From Antedon mediterranea (taxonomy: Eukaryota > Animalia > Echinodermata), in contig NC_092675.1 in NCBI RefSeq assembly GCF_964355755.1, positions 6,133,812 through 6,197,811 on the forward strand: DNA of 64,000 nucleotides. Direction: 5' to 3'. The notes under the pieces were generated by a model. That model saw only the letters and a program-made list of their open reading frames with translations, ran no database searches and was not told the DNA's origin. The translations under genes were made by a program, and so were the position numbers. The number at the start of each line of letters is the position of its first letter. Positions within the stretch are counted from its first letter, which is position 1. Below are positions 12,840-27,514 of this stretch, in pieces.

Positions 12840-15800
12840 CTAGTTACTACCCCCTAGACTTGGGAATTCATCCTCGTTGTCTACACGTGGTGCAACAGGC
12901 CCGTCATTGCGGTACCTTCCTCCTCCTCCTCCACCGCCACCGCCGCCACCACCAGCATTACCTCCACGTCCTCCCCCAAAACCACCTCGCCTACCACGGC
13001 CACCCTCTCTTCCACGTCCGCCACCCCTTCCTCCGCGTCCACCACGTCCGCCACCCCTTCCTCCGCGTCCACCTCGTCCAGACGGTTCGTTAAAACTTAT
13101 GTCGATATCCAGTAAGTGCTTTTGTGATGGCCGTCCTTGATGCCCATGTTCTTCTTCCTATTAAATCAAGAAAATATAAACTATACACAAAATATCCAGA
13201 TAGATTAGAAATACAGAGATTAATTTACAGGTTCAATTTCTTAATTGTTTATTAATCAGAAAGTGAGAATTTCCAGTTTCATTTCGTCAATTTTATACAC
13301 ATCCAACCAAACCTGGCAGTGTGGATAAACTATAGTTAAAAACCAATTCTCATTTGAAGCTTAGGAGGCAGAGTAGAATCATGGGTTACAACCCTAGCAC
13401 TAAGTTAGGATTGTACCTGGACTTTGGGATTAGGAGTTCCAACTACAAGGGATCACCATCACTAAACAACCAGTGAACCGACTGTTGTATGTATACTAAT
13501 GTAAGCGCCTACATACCCTTTCATAATCCATATTATCAGTAGTAGCAGCAATTTTTCTCGAGTCCAATTTATATGTTTTTTTCCATTGTTCAGCATTTTC
13601 TCCTTCACCAGCTTTTCGTATCTTGAAGTCCTTTTTGTAACGGTTTTGATTTATTTGTGCCTTGTATTCTTCCAGGGTCATTTCATGAGCGGTTTCCTCA
13701 ACGCCTTCCACTGTCGTTTCTTCATCTGGTTTTTCTCCATCCCTAAAATAAATAGAAAAAATTATAGAAATCAAGGGAGGAATGTTTTTAGTTCTTTTTT
13801 GCAGAATCAAAAATAAACAAAATTATATAATCAATGCTCATAGTTAATTAAGAGGTTATTTAGCAGTTTTAATTTTCTTATTAGTAAAGTTGGCTGAAGC
13901 CTATACTATTCGCATGCATTTACTAGCCAAATCTAAACAAGCCAACTATCCTCTAAAGTGCTACCTTTATCTGGTAAATAAGCTGGCGATACAAATGCTA
14001 ACTATTAACTACGAAAAATAGTAACTAATTAGCCCATACATACAAATTCATTAAGTAGGGACCTTGTTCACCATTTCAATTACACTAGTTGACCAACGCT
14101 ATCTAACAAGCCAAACACTGGTTTCACTATTAGTAGTACAAGGCAAGTGTTATCTTAAGACCAGGAATACCACAACATCATGGTGCCGTGCTTAGTGGCC
14201 AGATGTATTAGAATGTGAATAGCAACACAAAGTTCTCTACTCACTTTTGCACATTTGTATTTTCATGTTCTTCTGCCTGGCTGTCGTCGGTCACATTGGA
14301 AGTGTCAAGTTCGCTAAAAGATAATGAATTGCATTCGTGATTGCAAACAAGCATTGAATTGATTTTAACAAAATGATGTACAGTACAGTCTTGTACATGC
14401 TTTCTACAGCTAGGTACATGATATATTAGCACGCATGGTGAAATCCAGAAACCAAATCTTTATTCAAAGAAATGACTGCTGGTTTTTAAACCAAGGGAAT
14501 GAACACCGACAAAAAAACTAAAACATCGCTGTTAAAAGCCGCTTTCAAACAATTGCTGCACTTAAACCTTTAAAAAGTGTTACTGTATTGTTAAAACATT
14601 ATCTGGTCATGTAGAAATAAATTGAGCAGAAGAAAATCAATATTACATTACAGTAATGTGTTTGACAATGGCTTTAAAACACTGTACTATTTATCAATGT
14701 AAGGGATCTAAGGTAAATATATTATACATTGAATGATATTAATGTTAATTTGATTAATGAATGCAAGTTGCTTAACATTTCAATTTGGCCTTGACCTTTA
14801 AAGTGGGAATCTGGACATGAAATGGAAACAATGCAAATTATTGATGAGTATGATTAATAATACAATATGATTATTATTACATGTCATTTTTAATGGCAAA
14901 TATATATCCCAAAGATTGTCTTTGTTGAATTGTTAATTTAGGCGAACAACCACAGATATAAACAACTAGTGTTTTAATTTTTAATACGATCCCAGCACAA
15001 AGTGTAATTGTGAGAAACCATGGAGGGAGGCCATTGAATATACGACCACATATGAAGCATATTCTATAAACAATCCTTGTATACGAATATAGTGTATTTA
15101 GTATACGTTGCCCATTTTGGACAGGGTTTTTTTATTGCCTTACTTCACTGGTAACTAGTTAAAATTAGTTGTTTATTATTACCAATAGACAATGATACAG
15201 TAATGTTGGTTGTGGTTAAACTTGGTTTTCGCACTTTGACGCAAGCACACTGCTTAAAACTATATATTGCTTGTTCAACTCCTTTGTGTTCCGCTTACAC
15301 AGGTGCATCGCATCTAAGTGGGAACCAAGCTTTAACATTGCCGATTATATCGGAAAATCCAAGATTGAAACGTTAAAGGTTAATAACAACAATTAGGAAT
15401 AATTACAAATATTTTACCTATACATTTCATAATTCTGTACCATTGATGGATGGGAATATCTAATAAGAACATTGTAGCATTATGAATTATACGTAAAACA
15501 CAGAACCATGATTTGTACTGCCATTGTGCAACTATGCTTCTACCAACGTTAATCCACAATCTACACTACCAAACATTACGCGACAACAAAATGTGATGTG
15601 TCATATATAGACATGTCATATCACTACTTTATTTGGGTATATCACTACCATATTTGGGCTTATTATATCAGTTTTTTTGTTAGTTTGATAGTGTAGACAG
15701 CGCTAAATAATCCTGGCTTTAGTAATGACAATTATATGACAGGGTGAAAATCATGATACCTACCTAACTTCATCTCGTACACTACCCCAGTTGTGAGGCC

Positions 15801-17021
15801 CATTTCCTTCTCTCTTCTCATGTGGCTTAATTGAACTGTGGATAAATCAAAAAACAAAATAAACCAAAGAATATACAGGTAATACAAAATTAAAATTATT
15901 CATTGTGTTGTATAAAAAACATGGACTGCATATTTTTCTGAAAGGAAATCTGCACTTGATATGTACCATTTACAGCACACTTGGTAAACTTCTACACACC
16001 CCCAAGATATAGACACGGCACACCTGTAATTTTAAGGCATGATGGGGTTGAAAAGTTGAGGAGATAAATTATATTATATATGAACAAATTGACATAAAAA
16101 ATTAACATTTTTGGGGACTACATGCCTCTTGTCACTTCCACTGTGTCGATCAAATTCACGTTTTCCTCTGTAATCTCTGCCGCCGTTGGATGATCCGCGT
16201 CCTCGCCCACCACGTCCCCGTCCTCCGCGTCCTCTTCGCTCACCAAACTCCCCTCTTGATTGCTGGCCGAATCCCCTTGGACGTTCGCTAAATGACCTTT
16301 CGTTTTTCATTTCCGTTGTCATGCCTTCATTATTGTTGAATGTTGAGGGTTCTTCATTTTCACGGTTTTCTCGGTCTTGATATGAACGTCCGCCTCTTCT
16401 ATTGCCTCGTCCCCCACGACCTCGTCCACCTCTCCTTGGTGGGACATCAGCCTCTTTTCCAAAACGCTCTGGTTTATCTTTCAAGTCTAAAAATATATTT
16501 GCAATTAAAAAAATCTAAATTCCTGATACACGCCATATTATTAATCATGATACAGTAAATAGAAAATACTTTACTTCACTAACATTAATTGGGGGCACAC
16601 TAGGTCGCTCGAAAACTATGAGAATCAACCACCAGGGTGCAGGTCACACTCTCACTAAAAAAACACGCGAGATCAACATTTATTGTATGTTGGCTAGCAG
16701 ATACACGAGGTGCGAATCCCTGATAATGCCTCGACAAAACAACATTGTTTTACAACTAAAACATATGCAATTTAAACCAAGTATATATGAAAATAACATA
16801 CCATCTCTTCTGTTTGATCGAGTATCTGTTTCAACGGGCTTTTGAATGTTTTTCTCATTCAATTGCTTGTTCTGATTACTACCACTAGGTTTTTTCTTCT
16901 TTTTCTCCTTGGTCACCTTTGGATCTATTGGTGCTGGTTGTTGGTCTAAAATATCTTCAGCATCATCAACTAAAAAGGCACCGTACCTGTTGGACGTCCC
17001 TATACCGTACGCGTGTTCCAT
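12840..17021 (-). CDS. SERBP1: SERBP1/HABP4 (Vig/PAI-RBP1) family RGG RNA/ribosome-binding protein (6 coding exons, ~421 aa)
   Basis: Exons 17021-16802, 16486-16126, 15835-15764, 14313-14245, 13742-13517 and 13157-12840 total 1266 nt in frame; intron 2 is GC-AG. Motifs: N-terminal YGIGTSNRYGAFL, RGG boxes, GKREFDRHSGSD, KREGNGPHNWG, EMTLEEYKA, IRKAGEGEN, and a C-terminal RGG tract with EFPSLG. Probably the single pro-orthologue of vertebrate SERBP1 and HABP4. Confidence 0.93.
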
Positions 17022-18003
17022 GATGAAATTCCTTCACTTTCTAGAAGGATGATTTTGGATTGTAAATACTACCTAGAAAACATGAGGAATTAGAAAATAT
17101 GGCGATCTCGTACAGAGAGGAGTAGTGCAATTGAGCAATAGTGGGAGTGTGAGGGCGCTGCATGAAACAACCCTGGTAATAATAGATTCTTCCATGTGAG
17201 GGAAACAGAAATATGGTACACTACGAAAATAGATTTTTTATTATTTCTGAGAAAATAAATTTATAAAAATGTTATTATATAATGTTTTAAGAGTTTATAA
17301 TTTGAATTTATCAAATATACATCGTTCTGGTAATGTATAATATATTTGGTCATTTCCGAATACCCCTACTACAAAATGATTGCTACGAAATGGTGCTAAA
17401 AATCACCTCTAGAAACACCGCGCGAAAAATGCTGATCCCTAGTTTGTACCTTTACAAATTGGTAGCTTGTAAAAGGTTTTTAATTTTAGTAGTAGCAATT
17501 ACAATCATATTTAATTACATTATACATTGGTTTTATTTTTTATAGTTTGCTACAATAATCGTATTCGAAACAAAACAAAGGAAATTTACATTTATGTCCA
17601 TATATGGTCGTTGATTGAATACTGAATATATTTTTATGGAAGAAGAAACTGTAAAAATAGCCTAAAATCAATGATAAATCGAATTTAAAGCATAGGGCTC
17701 GTTGAATCTAAATTAAATATATAACACTTTGTATGTGGATTTATTTAGTTTGGTAATATTAAATAAAGCATTTTAAAGAAATGTGCGACGTCGACAGGAG
17801 GACCGTTAAAAATAAAACGACATGCGACATGTGAAGAAAGGTCAAACAATTAATTATGCAAAGCAACGCTGTGACCCGTAAAGATAATCCAATCGATTCA
17901 ACAACAAATACGGCGCGCCAAATTCAGTTGGCGCGGAACTTGATAACGCTTTATCAATGAAGAGAGGTTTGTCTTTTAAAAACCAAGCATTTAAACAGCA
18001 AAC
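17022..18003. promoter_or_regulatory. Bidirectional promoter SERBP1/ZNF367 with a CCAAT box and E2F-type sites
   Basis: The start codons are 982 nt apart in head-to-head orientation. CCAAT at 17889; GGCGCGCCAAA at 17912-17922; TTGGCGCGGAA at 17928-17938; CGCGCGAAAA at 17419-17428. Confidence 0.6.
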
Positions 18004-21096
<3,093 letters not shown>

Positions 21097-22033
21097 ATTA
21101 TAAAGTGTTTTTTTTTTTTAAGTGATTTTTATAAATTACATTGGTGGTATGTAGCGCCTATAACACAAGAATTTTTTATATTATCCTATCTTCTCTACAG
21201 TATATAGAAAGATTTCATCTTTTACATATTGAGGAAGCACTACTTAATTGGCTTTAAAAAGCCCCTCTCATTGGCTCTATTCTATCCCACAATGCCATCC
21301 GAAATGTTACACGTCTTAGATGAACAGAAGATTCTTGGGTTATATGTTTTTTGGTAAATGGGGACAAATGTAAACAACCCTTTAGTTTAGAGTAATTTTC
21401 TTCACGTGCCAGCAAGACTAAATGAATTCATTCAATGAGCCCTCATACTTTTTCAAGTGGGTTTATCTTTTGTATTGTTGTATATAAAACACATCTAGTC
21501 AAACTAGTGATTTTTAAAAACATTTTTTCTTTAAATAAATAATTACAGTAATTGATTTTTTTAAAAGCAATAGCTGTATTTTTGGTAAAATTAATTTTTA
21601 CCAAAAGTTTATGTCCATTCATTGGTATCATTTTAAGGTTTGTTTAAAAAATTGACTCATAGTTTTTTTGGAATAATTTTTAAACATGTAATTAAACTAC
21701 TATTGAAAATAGTATCAGATTTATGAATTTATGTAAATTAGTTGTCACAAATTGAAACAAATTTTATTGAAATTGTTTTGTACAATATAACATTAAATCA
21801 AAGCTTTTATAAATATTTTTAGGATAATTATGGAAAATTGAACATATTTAAATATTTATATTCGGTTAATATTGATGTTGCTTATACAGGTAAAATTACA
21901 TTTTACAACTGTGTATGTTTTGTATATAAATATAGTGTAAATAAATATACTGTACAATGTAATATGTTTGTAACTTACTTTGTATAAAAGGAACAGTGAT
22001 AAAAAAACAAGTGTTTAATGAATATGAAGTAGG

Positions 22034-22233
22034 TCAGTCTTGGCCTAGCTAATTCAGTCTTCGCATAGCTAATTCAGTCTTGGCCTAGCTAATTCAGTCT
22101 TGGCCTAGCTAATTCAGCCTTTGCATAGCTAATTCAGTCTTTGCATAGCTAATTCAGTCTTTGCATAGCTAATTCAGTCTTGGTCTAGCCAATTCAGTCT
22201 CTGCCTAGCTTATTCAGTCTTGGCATAGCTAAT
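22034..22233. repeat. 20-bp minisatellite (~10 copies)
   Basis: Unit CAGTCTTGGCCTAGCTAATT with substitutions. Confidence 0.9.
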
Positions 22234-22350
22234 TTGTCGTTGAAATAAAACTTTGAGCTCTGACTTCTGTTTTAAACTAGTTTGATTTTGTTGTCATAAT
22301 GCGATGTTTAATACAGTACTTTAAATAGTGAAATTTGTAGAGTATACTTT

Positions 22351-23387
22351 TGGGGTGTAGGCCTAAGTGGAATTGTCTTCCTGCATGGTAGTGCGTTGGG
22401 TGTAGGCCTAAGTGGAATTGTCTTCCTGCATGGTAGTGCGTTGGGTGTAGGCCTAAGTGGAATTGTCTTCCTGCATGGTAGTGCGTTGGGTGTAGGCCTA
22501 AGTGGAATTGTCTTCCTGCATGGTAGTGCGTTGGGTGTAGGCCTAAGTGGAATTGTCTTCCTGCATGGTAGTGCGTTGGGTGTAGGCCTAAGTGGAATTG
22601 TCTTCCTGCATGGTAGTGCGTTGGGTGTAGGCCTAAGTGGAATTGTCTTCCTGCATGGTAGTGCGTTGGGTGTAGGCCTAAGTGGAATTGTCTTCCTGCA
22701 TGGTAGTGCGTTGGGTGTAGGCCTAAGTGGAATTGTCTTCCTGCATGGTAGTGCGTTGGGTGTAGGCCTAAGTGGAATTGTCTTCCTGCATGGTAGTGCG
22801 TTGGGTGTAGGCCTAAGTGGAATTGTCTTCCTGCATGGTAGTGCGTTGGGTGTAGGCCTAAGTGGAATTGTCTTCCTGCATGGTAGTGCGTTGGGTGTAG
22901 GCCTAAGTGGAATTGTCTTCCTGCATGGTAGTGCGTTGGGTGTAGGCCTAAGTGGAATTGTCTTCCTGCATGGTAGTGCGTTGGGTGTAGGCCTAAGTGG
23001 AATTGTCTTCCTGCATGGTAGTGCGTTGGGTGTAGGCCTAAGTGGAATTGTCTTCCTGCATGGTAGTGCGTTGGGTGTAGGCCTAAGTGGAATTGTCTTC
23101 CTGCATGGTAGTGCGTTGGGTGTAGGCCTAAGTGGAATTGTCTTCCTGCATGGTAGTGCGTTGGGTGTAGGCCTAAGTGGAATTGTCTTCCTGCATGGTA
23201 GTGCGTTGGGTGTAGGCCTAAGTGGAATTGTCTTCCTGCATGGTAGTGCGTTGGGTGTAGGCCTAAGTGGAATTGTCTTCCTGCATGGTAGTGCGTTGGG
23301 TGTAGGCCTAAGTGGAATTGTCTTCCTGCATGGTAGTGCGTTGGGTGTAGGCCTAAGTGGAATTGTCTTCCTGCATGGTAGTGCGTT
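22351..23387. repeat. Perfect 45-bp tandem satellite (~23 copies)
   Basis: Unit TTGGGTGTAGGCCTAAGTGGAATTGTCTTCCTGCATGGTAGTGCG repeats with no visible internal variation and no spacers. Confidence 0.97.
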
Positions 23388-25766
23388 AGACTTGGTAAAT
23401 TTACACTAATTGGTTGGTATACCACAGGGGCCGTAATCACCATTCACACTTGGTCTAAGGGAATTTATGGAAAATACTTAAATTATCTCAGTTTGATTGG
23501 TGAATACAGCCACAGTATCCCACATTGGCTGAAGATAATATATATGGTATATATATTTCCTCCCAAAAACTACATATAGGAGGGAAGGGGGTAGATAACT
23601 GAGGAACAAGTTGCTAACACCTGTCAGAAGATGTAATACTGCAGAAAGCTTAACGCTAATCTCACATGTATAAGGTATAATGATTTACATTAGAGTATTG
23701 TCATTGCAAAATAAACGTGATACATTAAAAAGAGAAACAACCAAAATTGCTTAGCACAATCAACTTTATTTTATAAACACAACATATCTTCATCCTCACT
23801 TTAAAACAAAACACTAATTTCTGTCAATATTCAATGTAATTAAACACAGTATCGTAAATGTTCGAATTAATAACTGTTTTTCACTGCTGTTGCGCAAGCT
23901 CTATGGATAAAAATATACCATATTTGTGTGTGCCATGTATTTTATAAACGCCCCAGCACTTATTTGATCAATCACAGTATTTTACTAATAGCAACACTCG
24001 ATAGCAAATTAAACCATTCAACCTAGGATTTCATTGTGATATATTGCAACAGTACTGATTGTTACCCTGTATAAATCAAATTGATTACACAATAGTTATG
24101 TTCAGACGGCATTCTAGTGTGAAGTTACTACATGTAAATTATACATGTGTTCACACTAAACAAACAAAATATTTTTAATATTGGTATTGCTAATTGAGAA
24201 CTGGGAGGTAAGAAAAAGCTTACTTCTATCTCGCCTGAACATAACAAATAACAACCTAACAACTTATTATTATAATAAAATCAAACTGTATTACTGGGAA
24301 AATAAAAAAAACAAAATCGGGCTTAGAAAATAACAATCCCTATTATTAACAATTGGCAATTGTAATAAAAAAAACATATTAGTTTCATTTACATTAAAAT
24401 ATACATAGAAATAAACAAATGAATACAACAGACTAAAGAGTTTCTGACTCACAACAATTAATAGACAACGATCTTATTTACTGTTTGAAAATTAAAAAAA
24501 CATTCCATTTATAGTATACAAAGGGACCATGTCAAAATTATTCTAGTGCAGTTACTGCAGTAACTATATATATTTTACTAATTTATGTAAATATTTTCAT
24601 TATTCTGGGTAATCATACGTATGGTTCATTGTCAGACTCAAATTCTAAATTGAAACAAAGTAAAATCATACATCATTACAGTAATAAATTGTAGTTGCTT
24701 CAGTAACTGCAGTAAAATAATTTTGACATAAAATAGCACTGTGTGACATGTATACTTTATTGCATTGCATGTACAAGACGGATAATTTTCATTCCTTTCA
24801 TTTAATAAAATAGATTAGTTTCAGTTTTTATGTGTAAAATAACATTAGAAACTTCTAAACCAAAGGCACTTTCTATTTAGGAAGGTCTCGTAACAAGGCT
24901 ATTCTCTCCAAAACAAAACGGAAACTGTCAGTTACACAGAAGCAGCAGGAATTTTGCAAGCTCAAAAGTAATAAAAAATAGTTCATATTTGAGAAAACAC
25001 TGCACAGCACTAACAACTATAAAGCAACCAAGCGTATAAAACATCTGAACATTCTCTCAAACCAATCTGCATTTTGTATGTCACTAAAAAATTTTTTTTT
25101 TCCCAACAAGAAATGAGCCTAGCAAATGGTACAACTTAACGCTGCCCACTTAAAGTCATGAAGAAATCCTTAGCATAATGCGGACACAGAGTTAAAAATA
25201 GGATCATCATTACTTTCGTGGAATTATAGATATTATGCTGTCCTGTTTACATTGGCACAAAATCCCCTTAAAACACAAAAATATATATCTATAACAATAG
25301 TTATGACACACAACTAGACTATACAGCTATCGAGTCAAAAAGTCATTCTGTACATTCAATAGTTGCGTAGTTTAGTGGCATGTTGTAAAAACACAGGTCA
25401 AAGGTCAATATCACAAAACAATTAAGTTCAAGTTAATGTGACCTTTGTCTCAATAATAAAAATCTATTGTGGCGAAGCCCAATATTTATATACCACCGCT
25501 TAATAAAGTATGTGACCATTATTTTTTATAATATAACCTACAATCATATCATAGAATAAATTACAATATATATTATATATTAACATTTTCATATATAAAC
25601 AACGTATTTAATTTAATACAATGACAAGTAAATGAAAAATTCAAGATAAAATATGAAATCGAAATACTCTGTTAACATTTAGGAAAGTATAGATAAAAAT
25701 ACTGTAATATTAAAAATAAATGAATGAAAACTGTGCAAAACTAGTATCCCTATCGGCTGGCAAAAA

Positions 25767-25902
25767 TCTGGAGTTTACAACACAAGGGTGTACACCATAC
25801 AAAACACTGTTGATGCCAGTGTATGCAAACTCTGGAGTTTACACACAAGGCTGTACACCATACAAAACACTGTTGATGCCAGTGTGTGCAAACTCTGAGT
25901 TT
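25767..25902. repeat. ~63-bp tandem duplication (about 2 copies)
   Basis: TCTGGAGTTTACA..CACAAGG.TGTACACCATACAAAACACTGTTGATGCCAGTGT.TGCAAAC occurs twice. Confidence 0.85.
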
Positions 25903-27341
25903 TTCTAGCTCATGTAAATGATGCAACTCAGTACATACAAAGATAATATATAAGAAACTACACTGGATACGATAGTACTGTTTGTGCATTGACTAAAACC
26001 CTTTTCACATTTCTCAAGTTGTAACCTATTTTGAAGTCATTACTCATACATGCATTTGCTAAACTCGTGAAATCTTGAAAGAAAGAAAGGAGCTTGTGTG
26101 GTATTTGATTATCATGCATGTACTGATATTTCATGATTCTTGTGAATCTTTATCAAGATGTGTTTTATTTGACTGTACCTCCTAAGGGAGGTGAATAGAT
26201 TTGATATGATTTGATTTACAACTTGTTACAAATACTTTGCATGAGGCTTGGAATATGATTTATAATACATTTTAGAGTTTTTGTGTATAAAAAAAAAAAT
26301 ACATTGTAAAGTGTCACCTTCTTCTTAACCCCTCCTCTACAACAAGCAATTACTAAAAAGTGTAAATCTACCCTATTCTGTTTTCTCAACCCTTCTTAAC
26401 ATTACACATTTTTTTTTTTCAGTAAATATCTAATTTAATAAGAATGAATTATATATTATACATTCTTAAAAATATAATGTATTTTATACCCTATATAATG
26501 TAGTTTTTTTATAAAATATTATGTATCTAGGCCTGTTTATATTATTATGACAATAAGGAACGATAAAATTCATACAATACAATGTTATTCATTATGGCGT
26601 CATTTAGGTTAACATGTAGTTTCAGGATTGGAACTTTTCTAGAAAAATGTATATATATATCGTGGTTCTTTATGGTCCTAAGTATAAACAGGCCATAATT
26701 GTTAATATTTTGATGAATTTTGTTTATGTTTTTGTGCTAGTGACATTATAAAGAAGTCTTATTCATGTACTAGTTTGTTATGGCGTAACTATAATCCTAC
26801 TAACAAATAAACTCGCCATAAATTATGGTTTTGCTGGTAACTAAATTGCACAACAATAGCAAAGGGATTTTGGTAGCACAATCGAAATATACGGTATGCA
26901 TAGCTAGCTTTATCAACATCAGTAAATTACAAACGCAAAAAAAAATAAACTAATTGTTGGTAGTTTCGCTGAGATGACAAGAATGTGCATGCATTACTAT
27001 GTAATGCAAGAATTCCTGTAAATTGTACCAAATTTGGTCCAAAACAGTATTATATTCCTATAGCTATCCTTCTAGGTTTCAAATGTTCTAATAAACAGTA
27101 CAGTTTCGTTCCTCCCACTGATGCCAGTCGCATCCAAGAGGCAGTCTTCTCTAGCATTCAAATATATGCTGGGTCCGACTGTTGAAGGGCTTCCTTGACT
27201 GGGTTACTAAGTCAGAAACCATTTGGTTTGAATTCTTCAATAAAGAAAATATGATCGGAAAGATGGCTCGGAAACTTCTGATATGTCTGAAGCTGGTTTG
27301 GAATTTTCCCGCATATTTTCGATGTGTTTTGTAGTTGTTCC

Positions 27342-27492
27342 TGTCACCAATTTGGTTCCAAAAGTATTATTATATAAGAATTGTCACCAATTTGGTTCCA
27401 AAAATATTATTATATAAGAATTGTAACCAATTTGGTTCCAAAAATATTATTATATAAGAATTGTCATCAATTTGGCTCTAAATGTTCTATTA
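27342..27492. repeat. 40-bp tandem repeat (~3.5 copies) in the SLC4A11 3'UTR
   Basis: GTCACCAATTTGGTTCCAAAA.TATTATTATATAAGAATT starts at 27343, 27383, 27423 and 27463. Confidence 0.88.
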
Positions 27493-27514
27493 TACTGGCG
27501 ATGTTGTTTTGGTA

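Noticed and set aside
12860-13140. Proline-rich and His-rich ORFs on the + strand (also 16186-16380)
   Set aside because: They are antisense shadows of the SERBP1 RGG-coding exons.
14057-14205. Possible H/ACA snoRNA in a SERBP1 intron
   Set aside because: Two loose hairpins and an AGATAA H-like box exist on the minus strand, but there is no correctly placed ACA and no consistent wobble-pair strand bias.
22351-23387. CRISPR-like regular repeat, and long ORFs on both strands
   Set aside because: The units are contiguous with no unique spacers and there are no cas genes in this eukaryotic context. The ORFs follow from a stop-free 45-bp unit, so they are not called as CDS.
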